From NCBI GenBank assembly GCA_023473585.1, contig JAMCYU010000005.1:762-64761 (forward strand): 64,000 nucleotides of DNA, in the 5' to 3' direction. A program made the position numbers and the translations under genes. Origin of the DNA: Patescibacteria group bacterium (lineage in GTDB: Bacteria > Patescibacteriota > Microgenomatia > JAMCYU01). Of this stretch, positions 39,646 to 49,573 are shown one piece after another (the first letter of the stretch is position 1; every line of letters starts with the position of its first letter). Below the pieces are notes generated by a model that saw only the letters and a program-made list of their open reading frames with translations, ran no database searches and was not told the origin of the DNA.

Positions 39646-40203
39646 TTATTTACCTCCGCTACCACCGGCAGCCCCTAGAGTCTTGGCGACTTTACCCAAT
39701 TTTCTTCTGATTTTCTCTTCCTGGTATTTAATGCCCTTGCCTTTGTAGGGTTCGGGCGGACGAATCCGGCGAATTTTAACGGCCACCTCGCCCACGAGCT
39801 GTTTATCGGCTCCCGAAACTTGAATTTTATTTTCCGAAACGCTGAAAGAAATACCCGTCGGCGCTTGAACTTTAACCGGATGCGAAAAACCCACCGTGAG
39901 AACGAGGGTGTCGCCTTCAACCGAAGCTCGGTAACCCACCCCAACTAATTCTAAGGTTTTTGTCCAACCTTGAGAAACACCCAAAACAGCGTTGGCAATT
40001 AAAGTTCTGGTTAAACCCCAAAGATTGGCCTGGTTCTTGTCTGTTTTACAAATAACCTGTCCGTTGTTAATGGTAACCTCAACTAAAGATGGCAGGAAAA
40101 GCTTGACTTCTCCTTTGGGACCGGAAACCATTAATTTCTCTCCCTCTTTTTTAAGGTTAACATCCGAAGGTATCGTGATGGGTAACTTGCCTATTCTTGA
40201 CAT
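39646..40203 (-). CDS. rplF: 50S ribosomal protein L6
   Basis: MSRIGKLPI, GVGYRA, PEPYKGKGI. Confidence 0.98.
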   Translation of the reverse strand: MSRIGKLPITIPSDVNLKKEGEKLMVSGPKGEVKLFLPSLVEVTINNGQVICKTDKNQANLWGLTRTLIANAVLGVSQGWTKTLELVGVGYRASVEGDTLVLTVGFSHPVKVQAPTGISFSVSENKIQVSGADKQLVGEVAVKIRRIRPPEPYKGKGIKYQEEKIRRKLGKVAKTLGAAGGSGGK

Positions 40204-40208
40204 ATTTT

Positions 40209-40607
40209 TTACCAAATTTTACAAATCGCTTCTCCGCCTAAATTCTTGGTCTTAGCTTCTTGACCGGTCATCAAACCTTCGGGTGTAGACATAACGACAA
40301 TCCCTAAACCACCCAAAACTTTAGGAATTTTGGTTTTTCCCAAATAAACTCTTAAACCCGGTTTGCTGACTCTTTGGATATCGGTTAAAACCGGCTTCTT
40401 GCCTTCATATTTTAACGTCAAAATAAGATTTTCCACAAATTGATTCTTTATTTTTTCGGTTTTGACGTTTTCTAAAAATCCTTCCTTGACTAAAACCTTG
40501 GCCAAATTTTCTTTAAATTTTGAAGCCGGAACTTTGACTTCGGCTTTTTTAGCCAGATAACCGTTTTTGATGCTGGAAATAAAATTAGCAATTGGATCAA
40601 TTGACAT
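40209..40607 (-). CDS. rpsH: 30S ribosomal protein S8
   Basis: DPIA, SKPGLRVY, GLGI..MST..G. Confidence 0.98.
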   Translation of the reverse strand: MSIDPIANFISSIKNGYLAKKAEVKVPASKFKENLAKVLVKEGFLENVKTEKIKNQFVENLILTLKYEGKKPVLTDIQRVSKPGLRVYLGKTKIPKVLGGLGIVVMSTPEGLMTGQEAKTKNLGGEAICKIW

Positions 40608-40613
40608 ATTTTT

Positions 40614-40799
40614 TTACCAGGAAGCTTTAGTCACTCCCGGTAGTTCTCCTTTATTAGCTAGTTCCCGAAAACATAATCGGCAAAGACCAAATTTCCGCAT
40701 GTAAGCTCTCGATCGGCCACAAAGCTGACAACGGTGATGATCTCTAACCGAATATTTTTGCGGTTTTTTAAATTTAACAATATTGGAAACCTTAGCCAT
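40614..40799 (-). CDS. rpsN: 30S ribosomal protein S14 (zinc type)
   Basis: [23 protein letters not shown]. Confidence 0.98.
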   Translation of the reverse strand: MAKVSNIVKFKKPQKYSVRDHHRCQLCGRSRAYMRKFGLCRLCFRELANKGELPGVTKASW

Positions 40800-40844
40800 T
40801 CTTTGACTCCTTTCGCTCTCTTAGCGATAAATTTCTTGCTCTCA

Positions 40845-41345
40845 TTACGGTTTACCCTGAGGTCGCGCCGACTGGCGACCGAAGGGCATTCCAAATTCTT
40901 CTAAAAGACTTTTTGCTTCTTTGTTATCTTTAGCGGTTGTCACCAAGGTTAACTCTAAACCTCTAATTTTATCAATTTTGGCATAATCGATTTCGGGAAA
41001 AATGATGATTTCGTTAATTCCCAACGTATAGTTACCCTTGCCGTCAAAACCGGACTCGGGAATACCCTTAAAATCTCTGACCCTGGGTAAAACAATCGCC
41101 ACTAATTTTTGTAAGAAATCATTCATCCTTTTGCTTCTTAAGGTAACTTTCAAACCGATCGGTTCGCCTTTTCTTAATTTAAAAGCCGCAATGGCCTTTC
41201 GGGCATAAGTCGTCATCGGTTTCTGACCAGTAATTTGCTTGAGTTGTTCACTCATCGAATCTAAAGCCTTTTTATCCACCATGGCTTCTTTTAAACCGAC
41301 ATTAAGAATGATTTTTTTAAGTTTTGGTTTAGCCAACGGATTCAT
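40845..41345 (-). CDS. rplE: 50S ribosomal protein L5
   Basis: [34 protein letters not shown]. Confidence 0.98.
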   Translation of the reverse strand: MNPLAKPKLKKIILNVGLKEAMVDKKALDSMSEQLKQITGQKPMTTYARKAIAAFKLRKGEPIGLKVTLRSKRMNDFLQKLVAIVLPRVRDFKGIPESGFDGKGNYTLGINEIIIFPEIDYAKIDKIRGLELTLVTTAKDNKEAKSLLEEFGMPFGRQSARPQGKP

Positions 41346-41671
41346 TATCTAATCACTCCTTTGCACTTTCGACAGATTCTTAATTTGGAAAGATTTTCTT
41401 TCTTATTGCCCTCTTCAATTTGATAACCAACGCGGGTAGGCTTACCGCAACGCAAACAGATAAGGGCAATTTTCGCCGTATCCAAAGGTTTGGTAATATC
41501 AATAATTCCGCCCGGTTTCCCTTGTCCCTGTGGTTTCAAATGTTTTTTATAAAGATTAATTCCGGTCACCAAAACCTTTTGACTTTTGGGAAAAACTTTT
41601 TCAATTTTTCCTTTTTTGCCCTTATCTTTACCTATGGTTACGATGATTTCATCACCCTTTTTAAATTTCAT
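41345..41671 (-). CDS. rplX: 50S ribosomal protein L24
   Basis: KGD.I.V..GKDKGK.G KOW motif. Confidence 0.97.
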   Translation of the reverse strand: MKFKKGDEIIVTIGKDKGKKGKIEKVFPKSQKVLVTGINLYKKHLKPQGQGKPGGIIDITKPLDTAKIALICLRCGKPTRVGYQIEEGNKKENLSKLRICRKCKGVIR

Positions 41672-41673
41672 TT

Positions 41674-42045
41674 TTAATAAACCTCCAAAGCCATGGAAAT
41701 TATTTTGTTAAAACCCAATTCTTTAAGTTCACGAGCAATCGGGCCAAAAATTCTTGTTCCTCTCGGATTTTTATCCTGAGGATTGTCAATAATCACGGCC
41801 GCATTGTCATCAAATCTGATATAAGAACCATCTTCTCTCCCGACTTCTTTTTTCGTCCTGACCACGACAGCCTTAACCAACTCGCTGTCCTTAACGACAC
41901 CGGTTGGAGACGCCCCCCTGACAACACAGGTAATAATTGAACCGATGGTGGCAATTTTTTTATTGCCACCAAAAACATGAATTAAAATTAAGCTTTCCGC
42001 ACCGGTATTGTCGGCTGGTTTCAAAACTGTCCGTAATTGGATCAT
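41674..42045 (-). CDS. rplN: 50S ribosomal protein L14
   Basis: ADNTGA, FDDNAAV, GTRIFGP.AREL. Confidence 0.98.
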   Translation of the reverse strand: MIQLRTVLKPADNTGAESLILIHVFGGNKKIATIGSIITCVVRGASPTGVVKDSELVKAVVVRTKKEVGREDGSYIRFDDNAAVIIDNPQDKNPRGTRIFGPIARELKELGFNKIISMALEVY

Positions 42046-42278
42046 CTTATAACCTCCAGGATTTTGAAATGTTTTCTTTTAGAAAGCGGTCGTGTCTCGC
42101 CGATTCTCACGATATTACCGACAACCACCTCTTTGTCATCAAGGTGAGCCAGGATTTTTTTGTTTTTCTTGACCAGTTTTTTATATAAAGGGTGCGGTCT
42201 TAAGAATTCCGTTTCGACCGTGACTGTTTTTTTGGATTTATCTGCCCTTATGACCTTACCGGTTAAAATTTTCGTCAT
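42042..42278 (-). CDS. rpsQ: 30S ribosomal protein S17
   Basis: [15 protein letters not shown]. Confidence 0.96.
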   Translation of the reverse strand: MTKILTGKVIRADKSKKTVTVETEFLRPHPLYKKLVKKNKKILAHLDDKEVVVGNIVRIGETRPLSKRKHFKILEVIR

Positions 42279-42487
42279 GCTTTTTCTCCTTGATCATTTT
42301 TTTCCGCAATTAAAGTCTCTGTTTGGGCCTTTTCCCTTCTTAAGTTTTTTAAACTTCTGGTATTTTTTAATTTACCGGTTAAAATTTCCAATTTTGTCTT
42401 TAACAACCTTTCCTTGATTTCCATCAAGTCTTTAGATAATTCTGATAAATTTTTTTGCCTGGCTTCTTTTAATTTATTTCTTTTCAT
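42275..42487 (-). CDS. rpmC: 50S ribosomal protein L29
   Basis: Position between rplP and rpsQ; G.LKNT..LK.LRR..A. Confidence 0.9.
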   Translation of the reverse strand: MKRNKLKEARQKNLSELSKDLMEIKERLLKTKLEILTGKLKNTRSLKNLRREKAQTETLIAEKNDQGEKA

Positions 42488-42881
42488 AAAATTCTGTTTT
42501 TAACGGCAACTTGGCCGCTGCCATTCTCATGGCTTCCTTAGCAACTTCGTGAGTTACTCCGGCCATTTCAAATAAAACTCTTCCGGGTCTGACAACGGCA
42601 ACGTAATCGGCGACATCTCCTTTGCCGCTTCCCATTCTGGTTTCGGCTGGTTTTTTAGTAATCGGCTTATCAGGAAAAACCCTAATCCAAATCCGGCCTC
42701 CTTTTTGGGTAAAATGCGTTAAGGCTCGTCTGGCGGCCTCAATTTGGCGGCTGGTTAACCAACCGGCGGCCTTGCTTTTGATCCCATAATCGCCAAAATC
42801 GATTTGATTACACCGCATCGACATCCCCCTCCTTTTGCCCCTGAATTGTTTGCGAAATTTAGCTCTTTTAGGTACTAACAT
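42474..42881 (-). CDS. rplP: 50S ribosomal protein L16
   Basis: [24 protein letters not shown]. Confidence 0.98.
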   Translation of the reverse strand: MLVPKRAKFRKQFRGKRRGMSMRCNQIDFGDYGIKSKAAGWLTSRQIEAARRALTHFTQKGGRIWIRVFPDKPITKKPAETRMGSGKGDVADYVAVVRPGRVLFEMAGVTHEVAKEAMRMAAAKLPLKTEFYEKK

Positions 42882-42884
42882 AAA

Positions 42885-43547
42885 TTATTTTAAACTATTT
42901 TTACAAATCCAGACCTTAACGCCGATATAACCCGAACGGGTTAAGGATGGATAGCTTGCAAAATCAATATTCTCTCTTAAAGTTGATAAGGGCATCATCC
43001 CGGTTTTATAAGTCTCTCTTCGAGAGATGTCCGCCCCGCCGATTCTTCCGGAAAGAACAATTTTAATTCCCTTGGCTCCAGCCGACATCACTTTATCCAT
43101 GGTCACGTTAGCAACCCTTCTTTGCGGCAATCTTTTGGCTAATTGCTCAGCAATGTTTTGCGCCACTAAATAAGCATCTAAATTTGCTTCCTTAATTGGC
43201 TCAACCTTAATTTCTAATTTTAATTTTGATGGTGATTTTTGATCTTCTTTATTCGTTGGGACAAGCAAGTTGCCAAGAAATTTTTTGACTTCTTCTAAAC
43301 CAGCCCCGCCTCGGCCGATAACCACACCGGGGCGAGAAACATGTAGGGTAATATCAATTTTATTAATTGATCTTTCAATCTCTATTTGGGAAATTCCCGC
43401 CGTTCTAAGTTTGGTAACTAAAGCTTTACGGATTTTTACATCCTGTAAAATTAAGTCTTTATATTGTTTGTCGTCAGCAAACCAACGGGAACTCCAGGTA
43501 AACAAATTTCCCAATCTGAAGACTTTAGGATTTATCTTTTGTCCCAC
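42885..43547 (-). CDS. rpsC: 30S ribosomal protein S3
   Basis: GQKINP, RPGVVIGRGG, SGRIGGADI; GTG start. Confidence 0.98.
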   Translation of the reverse strand: MGQKINPKVFRLGNLFTWSSRWFADDKQYKDLILQDVKIRKALVTKLRTAGISQIEIERSINKIDITLHVSRPGVVIGRGGAGLEEVKKFLGNLLVPTNKEDQKSPSKLKLEIKVEPIKEANLDAYLVAQNIAEQLAKRLPQRRVANVTMDKVMSAGAKGIKIVLSGRIGGADISRRETYKTGMMPLSTLRENIDFASYPSLTRSGYIGVKVWICKNSLK

Positions 43548-43905
43548 TTTTTTCTCCTTTCGTCAAGACTTCTTGATCCTCCAAAACGATCTTGATGTGG
43601 CTGGTCCGTCTTTTGTATTGATGAGCCGTACCTCGGGAAACGGCCCGGAAACGTTTTAAAAATGGGCCACCGGTCACTTCAATCGTTTTAATCGTTAATT
43701 TATTTTTATCTAGCTTAAGATTATTTTCCGCATTGGCGATCGCTGATTTTAAAGTTAAAAATAAAGGTAAACTGGCTGATTTATTCATCAATTTTAAATG
43801 CTGCAGGGCTATTTCCGGTTTCAAAGCCACAATCGCGTCAGCCACCAAACGAATTTTTTTAGGTGACAAATGAACGTATTTTGATAAAGCGACAATTTCG
43901 GTCAT
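43525..43905 (-). CDS. rplV: 50S ribosomal protein L22
   Basis: SPKKIRLVAD, SAIANAENN, RTSHI. Confidence 0.97.
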   Translation of the reverse strand: MTEIVALSKYVHLSPKKIRLVADAIVALKPEIALQHLKLMNKSASLPLFLTLKSAIANAENNLKLDKNKLTIKTIEVTGGPFLKRFRAVSRGTAHQYKRRTSHIKIVLEDQEVLTKGEKSGTKDKS

Positions 43906-43912
43906 AAATTTT

Positions 43913-44197
43913 TTAAGTTTTTGTTAAAGTTCTTTTCGTCACTTGCCCATGACCATGGAAAACGCGCGTGGACGAAAATTCACCCAAGCGGTGTCCGACC
44001 ATGGCTTCAGAAACAAAAACTTCTTTAAAGTCTCTCCCGTTATGAACCAAAAATTTATGCCCCACAAATTCTGGCGGGATTTGACTGGATCTGGCCCAGG
44101 TTTTGATGGACTCCTTTTGTCCCGTCTCTTTTTGAGCCATAACTTTTTTTACTAATTTTTCGTCAATATAGGGACCTTTTTTTGTTGATCTTGACAT
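43913..44197 (-). CDS. rpsS: 30S ribosomal protein S19
   Basis: [21 protein letters not shown]. Confidence 0.98.
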   Translation of the reverse strand: MSRSTKKGPYIDEKLVKKVMAQKETGQKESIKTWARSSQIPPEFVGHKFLVHNGRDFKEVFVSEAMVGHRLGEFSSTRVFHGHGQVTKRTLTKT

Positions 44198-44200
44198 AAA

Positions 44201-44941
44201 TTACCTCGCCGTATGAACGATATATTTATCGGAATATTTGCCTTTTTTTCTGGTTTTACCTACCGCTGGTCTTCCGGCAAAGGTTTTAGGCCCTGGCATA
44301 CCAATACCCGAACGACCTTCACCGCCACCATGCGGATGGGAATCAGGATTTTGGGCAACTCCCCGAACCGTCGGCCGAATTCCCCGCCAACGTTTGGCTC
44401 CGGCCTTCCCAAATTTTTTAAGTTTCCAATCTAAAAGACCGACCTGACCGATCGTGGCTAAACAATTTTTATTAATTCGCCTCACCTGTCCGGAAGGCAA
44501 TTTAATTTGCGCAAATTCATCTTCCTGAGCCAAAACCATAGCCGCTGTTCCGGCAGATCTGATAATTTGCGCTCCTTTACCGGGCACAAATTCAACGTTA
44601 TGAATTTGTGTTCCCATCGGAATTTTTGAAAGCGGAAGGGTATTACCAATCTTTAATTCTGCTTCCGGACCGGAAACTAAAATTTCCCCAATTTTTAAAC
44701 CGTCAGGCGCCAAAATATAGCGCCTTTCTCCATCATTATAACCCACCAGGGCAATATTAGCAGTCCGGTTGGGGTCATATTCAATCGCCAAAACTCTGGC
44801 CGGCATGCCAATTTTCTCTCTTTTAAAGTCAATCTGGCGTAAAAAGCGTTTTTGCCGACCACCAATATGCCTGACAGAAACTTGTCCGTGGCTACCCCGC
44901 CCGCCGCTTCTTTTAAGAATTTTGATTAAACTTTTCATCAT
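44201..44941 (-). CDS. rplB: 50S ribosomal protein L2 (N-terminally short)
   Basis: IEYDPNR, RSAG, HPHGGGEGR. Confidence 0.98.
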   Translation of the reverse strand: MMKSLIKILKRSGGRGSHGQVSVRHIGGRQKRFLRQIDFKREKIGMPARVLAIEYDPNRTANIALVGYNDGERRYILAPDGLKIGEILVSGPEAELKIGNTLPLSKIPMGTQIHNVEFVPGKGAQIIRSAGTAAMVLAQEDEFAQIKLPSGQVRRINKNCLATIGQVGLLDWKLKKFGKAGAKRWRGIRPTVRGVAQNPDSHPHGGGEGRSGIGMPGPKTFAGRPAVGKTRKKGKYSDKYIVHTAR

Positions 44942-45282
44942 TTCTTAACCTCTTTTTTATCTTTAACTTCTGGTTTAGGCAAATCTTCAGTCCCCTGAAC
45001 CTCAAATAAATCAATTTTTTGATCGGTCGGCAGCCAAATAAAGGCTTTTTTCCAAGCACTGGTTTTTTGGGTCTTTAATTTTTTACCGACACGCCTTGTT
45101 TTACCCTTAACTCTGGCGGTTTTAACTTTTAAAACTTTCACCTTAAAAGCTTTCTCAACCGCTTGTTTGATCTCTGGTTTAGAAGCCTCTAAAACGACTT
45201 CAAAAGTATAGCAACTTTTGCCAGCTTGATTTAAGGATTTTTCTGAAATAATCGGTCTGATTATAATTTCTTCTCTATCCAT
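44938..45282 (-). CDS. rplW: 50S ribosomal protein L23
   Basis: PIISEK, K.EIKQAVE..F.V.V, WKKA. Confidence 0.96.
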   Translation of the reverse strand: MDREEIIIRPIISEKSLNQAGKSCYTFEVVLEASKPEIKQAVEKAFKVKVLKVKTARVKGKTRRVGKKLKTQKTSAWKKAFIWLPTDQKIDLFEVQGTEDLPKPEVKDKKEVKK

Positions 45283-45992
45283 ATTTCCTCAATTTTAGAA
45301 ACCGCTTCTTTGGTTAAAATGACTTTATCGCAGGTCAAAACTAAATAGGCATTTAAAAGATCGGTCGGTAAAGTTTTTAAATTTTTAAGATTGCGGCTGG
45401 CGCGAAGAAGATTAGTTTGGGGCTGACTAACAAGAAGAATTTTTTGGTTAAGTTTACCGTTTTTAAATTCTAAGTTTAAGTTCTTAAGAGTTTTTGCCAG
45501 TTCCTTGGTTTTGGCTTCCAATTTTTCAAAACCCGCAATGATTAAAAGCTCACCTTTAGCAAATTTCGATGATAAGGCCGAAAAAAGGGCTTCTCTCTTC
45601 ATTTGTTTCGGCAATTTTAAAGAATAATCTCTTGGTTTAGGGCCAAAAACGATGCCGCCGCCGACATAAATCGGCGCCTTTAAAGAACCATGGCGAGCCC
45701 GACCGGTCCCTTTTTGCCGATAGATTTTCCTGGTCGAACCGGCAACTTCACCCCTGGTTTTTGTTGAGGCCGTCCCTTGCCTTTGGTTGGCTAAATAAAC
45801 TCTTACCGCCTGAGCTAAAAGTTTGTCATTAACTTTGGCGGCAAAAATCTCTTTTAATAAGTTTATTTTCCCGGTAACGCGGCCGTTCAGGTCAAAAACC
45901 GAAGCTTCCGGACCAATTTTCGACAAACCCAAAGCTTTTTCAGCTTTGGTCACGGTAACTTTTTTGACGGCTTTTTTGGTTTTGGTAATCAT
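45261..45992 (-). CDS. rplD: 50S ribosomal protein L4
   Basis: RQGT..TKTRGEV.G, QKGTGRARHG, GGG.VFGPKPR. Confidence 0.98.
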   Translation of the reverse strand: MITKTKKAVKKVTVTKAEKALGLSKIGPEASVFDLNGRVTGKINLLKEIFAAKVNDKLLAQAVRVYLANQRQGTASTKTRGEVAGSTRKIYRQKGTGRARHGSLKAPIYVGGGIVFGPKPRDYSLKLPKQMKREALFSALSSKFAKGELLIIAGFEKLEAKTKELAKTLKNLNLEFKNGKLNQKILLVSQPQTNLLRASRNLKNLKTLPTDLLNAYLVLTCDKVILTKEAVSKIEEIWIEKKL

Positions 45993-46426
45993 AATTTTAC
46001 AATCGTGACTTTCCCTTTTTTGTTCCCCGGAATTAACCCTTTAATAGTTAAGATTTTTTGTTCATTATCAATGGCGACAATTTTTAAACCCCTGACGGTA
46101 ATTCTGTCTTTGCCCATTCGGCCGGCCATTCTTTTCCCCTTGTAAACTCTGCCCGGCGTAGTTGTTTGGCCGATGGACCCCGGTGCCCGTTCCCGATCGG
46201 ATTGTCCGTGCGTTCTCGGACCTCCGGCAAATCGCCATCTTTTAACGACACCGGCGAAGCCTTTTCCTTTCGAAAGACCGGTAACCTTGACCTTGTCACC
46301 GATTTGCAAAATTTCATCAAGTTTTTCTTGATTGTCAACCGCAATTAAGGTCACGGGAATTCTTTTCCCATCCTCGGTAAAATTTTGCGTTTGTGTTAAT
46401 TTTCTACCAATAATTTTTGTCGTCAT
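45989..46426 (-). CDS. rplC: 50S ribosomal protein L3 with large internal deletion
   Basis: PVT.I, VTG.SKGKGFAG.VKRW, PGRVYKGKRMAG; only 145 aa. Confidence 0.95.
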   Translation of the reverse strand: MTTKIIGRKLTQTQNFTEDGKRIPVTLIAVDNQEKLDEILQIGDKVKVTGLSKGKGFAGVVKRWRFAGGPRTHGQSDRERAPGSIGQTTTPGRVYKGKRMAGRMGKDRITVRGLKIVAIDNEQKILTIKGLIPGNKKGKVTIVKL

Positions 46427-46451
46427 TTTCTTTAATATTTTTTAAAGCACC

Positions 46452-46475
46452 AAAAAAGGTGCCGACTGCACCTTT
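46452..46475 (-). terminator. terminator-like hairpin in the rplC leader
   Basis: AAAGGTGC-AGTCG-GCACCTTT followed by T run, about 25 nt upstream of the rplC ATG. Confidence 0.65.
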
Positions 46476-46589
46476 CGCTTTTAGAGAATCACCTGTGCCA
46501 GTCTGCAAATCTTAAATTCTGGTCGGTTTGATCACCTCCATATTAGATTTTGAGGATATTATAGAGGAAAAATCACGAAAATGCAAGAG

Positions 46590-47987
46590 TCAGTAAAGGC
46601 TATACCAAAGCTTGAAGATTCTTTTTAAGAGGCTGTTTATAAAGCTGTCTTCCTTTGCGGTTAAGCCGGGAACTTCAAAGACCTTTAGATTGTTTTTCGG
46701 CAAGCCCTCCCAGGAAAAACTAAAATCGCCGGCCAGAATCGGCCCTTCTAGGGTAAAATCCAAGGTCACTGTTTCTCCCGGTTTAATCAATTGACCGGAA
46801 GGCAAGACCAGGTCGCTCAAACGTAAGCCCGAAGCTTGGCTGGTAATAATTAACGGTTTTTCTCCCCAAATTGACTGACCGGTATTTTTTAAAATGACTT
46901 TCCCTTGAAAAAGAAAATTTGTCGTCAAAAAAGGCGGCAAGCCGATTCCGACTTGTTCCCACTTCTGTTCCTGCTCTGGTTCGCCTTGAGTTTTGGGAAG
47001 ATTTTTAATCTCTTCATATTGGGGATAAGGATTACCCAAAAGATTAAACCAGGAAAAATTGGCAAAAGGATAATAAGGGTAATTCAAAATAAACGGGGTT
47101 ATTGCTTTCACCTTTTCGTCAGGTAGCCAGACTTTTTCAAAGGCAAACTTTAAGTATTCGGCCGCTAATGGCGCTTCATAGAATTTATCATTTTTGAAAG
47201 AATTTTGATCATCAACAAGATGCGGCCAACCGGTTTCGGTAATAAAAACCGGTAAATTCTTCTCTAAACCAAGATAATCTTTTAAGACGGACAATTCCCA
47301 GTCATAGCCTTTAATTGAGGTGCGGCCGGTTTCCCAGGGTTTACCAACATAACCGTGATTGGGATAAGAATGGGAAACCCAACCGTCAAGATGGGAAAAA
47401 ATCCCCGGAAACTGCTCGTTGACTTCCTTTAAAAATCTTCTTTCTTCAATCGTGGTTAAACTGTCAGCCGCGGCCTGATCCAAACCGGCATTTAAAATTT
47501 GAAAATCGGGGTTTTTCTCTTTAAAAAAAGTGACGGCCCGCTCCAGGATCAAACCGTATTCTTCGGGGCTGGCTTGATTGCCCCATTCTTTATTATGGTT
47601 GGGTTCATTGAAAATGATGACATACCGGTCTTTAACCGGCCAATTAAGTTTGTCTAAAAAATCAACCCATTCTCCAAGACTTTCCTCGCTTGGTTTTTCC
47701 CAGATATCACCTTTTAAATGGGTGGCAATTCTCACTAATGGTATCAGGTGCTTTTCCCGGCAAGCATTAAAAAATTTCTGCCATTTATCCTCAACTCGAT
47801 CAGTCTCCTGAATGACCAAGGTGACATAGCCCCAATCGCCTCCCGAGGAATTAACTAATTCCGAAGCTTTTGCCAGATCTTCGAATTGTGTGATATGAAT
47901 ACCGACTTTATTATTTGGTGAAGCCAAAGCAGGCGCGGTGAAGAAAAAAAAGAAAAAAAGGGAAAGAAAAGAAACAACACGTTTCAT
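46590..47987 (-). CDS. secreted glycoside-hydrolase-like TIM barrel protein with C-terminal Ig-like domain
   Basis: Signal peptide, FNEPN acid/base, HSYP, ITETGW nucleophile (clan GH-A pattern), KNTGQSIW...PGETV. Confidence 0.75.
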   Translation of the reverse strand: MKRVVSFLSLFFFFFFTAPALASPNNKVGIHITQFEDLAKASELVNSSGGDWGYVTLVIQETDRVEDKWQKFFNACREKHLIPLVRIATHLKGDIWEKPSEESLGEWVDFLDKLNWPVKDRYVIIFNEPNHNKEWGNQASPEEYGLILERAVTFFKEKNPDFQILNAGLDQAAADSLTTIEERRFLKEVNEQFPGIFSHLDGWVSHSYPNHGYVGKPWETGRTSIKGYDWELSVLKDYLGLEKNLPVFITETGWPHLVDDQNSFKNDKFYEAPLAAEYLKFAFEKVWLPDEKVKAITPFILNYPYYPFANFSWFNLLGNPYPQYEEIKNLPKTQGEPEQEQKWEQVGIGLPPFLTTNFLFQGKVILKNTGQSIWGEKPLIITSQASGLRLSDLVLPSGQLIKPGETVTLDFTLEGPILAGDFSFSWEGLPKNNLKVFEVPGLTAKEDSFINSLLKRIFKLWYSLY

Positions 47988-48029
47988 CGTTTTCAATTTT
48001 ATCACTTTTAAAGCCGGCTTTGTCCAAAT

Positions 48030-48713
48030 TTACTTAACCGAGGGAGGGGTTTCGTAGAACCGAAGCTGGGCTAGCTTTAAACCGTCGGCATCGTAGCGCC
48101 AATAAAAATCCTTAAGTTTATCGTCAAATAAAGACATTCTTTTAATCTGACCCTTGCCTATCGTATCGGCATAGATAAATAAAAGTTGATCGGTGATATC
48201 GGTCGTTAAGTTTTGCCCTTTATTTTTGATCTGAACAAGCGTGTATAAAGAACAATAAAGTTCTTTCGTGATTGGGTCGTCAACACATTTGGTGGCTTTG
48301 GAAGCTCCACCCGGCCGACCTAAGGCCTTTGCCCAAACCGCATAGGTCGTAACCCCGCCTGATTGGGAATTGGTCGGATTGGGCATTTGCAAGCTGACAA
48401 CACCATTATTACAATTGGTCTTCGTGGCCGCATAAACACCTTCGGCCATTTTTATTTCACACGCAGAAGTCAGGGGAAGAAAAATCCTTTGGTTTTCACT
48501 GACGGTTATTTTCGGAGATTTACCCTTAGGAACACCTAAAAGATCAAGATTATAACGGGTGCCCTTCGGAACCGAATTGGCAATCGCGGCAATATTTAAA
48601 CCGGTTTTTTGTTGGACCAACTCTACGCCTGCCGCCATCCCCACGAGCAGAATGATTAGACTAATCATTATAAAACTTAGGTAAAAATTTTGCTGTTTGG
48701 CTCTTTTGGTCAT
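48030..48713 (-). CDS. hypothetical membrane-anchored exported protein
   Basis: N-terminal TM, paired Cys, C-terminal GLKLAQLRFY. Confidence 0.7.
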   Translation of the reverse strand: MTKRAKQQNFYLSFIMISLIILLVGMAAGVELVQQKTGLNIAAIANSVPKGTRYNLDLLGVPKGKSPKITVSENQRIFLPLTSACEIKMAEGVYAATKTNCNNGVVSLQMPNPTNSQSGGVTTYAVWAKALGRPGGASKATKCVDDPITKELYCSLYTLVQIKNKGQNLTTDITDQLLFIYADTIGKGQIKRMSLFDDKLKDFYWRYDADGLKLAQLRFYETPPSVK

Positions 48714-48781
48714 CTTCTCAATTCCAGTATGCACCTAAAAAAGAAGTTTTGTCAAATTTTGAAACGAAGAGTTTTCTCAAG

Positions 48782-49489
48782 TTAAATCGCTCTGATGGCC
48801 CTCGTTATTTCCAGCCTTTGGTCCTGACCTAATTTTCTCATTTCATCGCGGATTTGATTTCTTATCTCATAAATATTAACCGACAAATCATTCATCGAAA
48901 AAGCCAGCGTGTGTTTTGATCCTTTTTGTATTTGCGTATTAACACATTCGCTGAAGATGCCGGCCATTTCTCCCAAAAAATCGTCGGGTTTATAGGCAGT
49001 TTCGATACGAAAATCCAAACTCGGTTGGCAACGACTATCTCCTTCGTCTCTTCTTAAAATTAAACCGCCCTCGATTTCCTCAAAAAATCTTCGATAATCT
49101 TGATAACAACTAGGGTCCGAAAGCGAACAGGGAACTTTAATGGCTCTTTCGATCACCAAACCGAAGGCTCTTAACGCCACTCTTTGGTTAACGGGATCAT
49201 CAAAAAAGTAGGTTTTGGGTTGAACTTTGTCTTGAGTTTTTTTATCGATAATCTCTGCGAGTTCTGATTCTATCAAAGCTATCAAAACCCCATAAACAGG
49301 AATTAATCTTCGGTAGTACCTAAAAAGAAGAGTTTGGGCTTCCAGTTCCACTAATTTTTTGCCGGTTTCGGTTTGCGGACCGGTCTGATCAATGATTCGA
49401 CTTAGGGCCATGATCTTACTACCATACTCAAACCAAATGGGATCAAAACCGGGAAGATTTTCAATTCTTACGCCCTCTTGGCTTGTCAT
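48782..49489 (-). CDS. hypothetical orphan protein
   Basis: Long ORF; ATG 49489 follows a TGCTATAAT extended -10. Confidence 0.65.
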   Translation of the reverse strand: MTSQEGVRIENLPGFDPIWFEYGSKIMALSRIIDQTGPQTETGKKLVELEAQTLLFRYYRRLIPVYGVLIALIESELAEIIDKKTQDKVQPKTYFFDDPVNQRVALRAFGLVIERAIKVPCSLSDPSCYQDYRRFFEEIEGGLILRRDEGDSRCQPSLDFRIETAYKPDDFLGEMAGIFSECVNTQIQKGSKHTLAFSMNDLSVNIYEIRNQIRDEMRKLGQDQRLEITRAIRAI

Positions 49490-49573
49490 ATAGGCCGTAT
49501 TATAGCACAAAACCGGCCATTCAAAAGAACCATAAAAGAGGTAAAAGAATTACTTTTGTGGCATAATTAAGAG

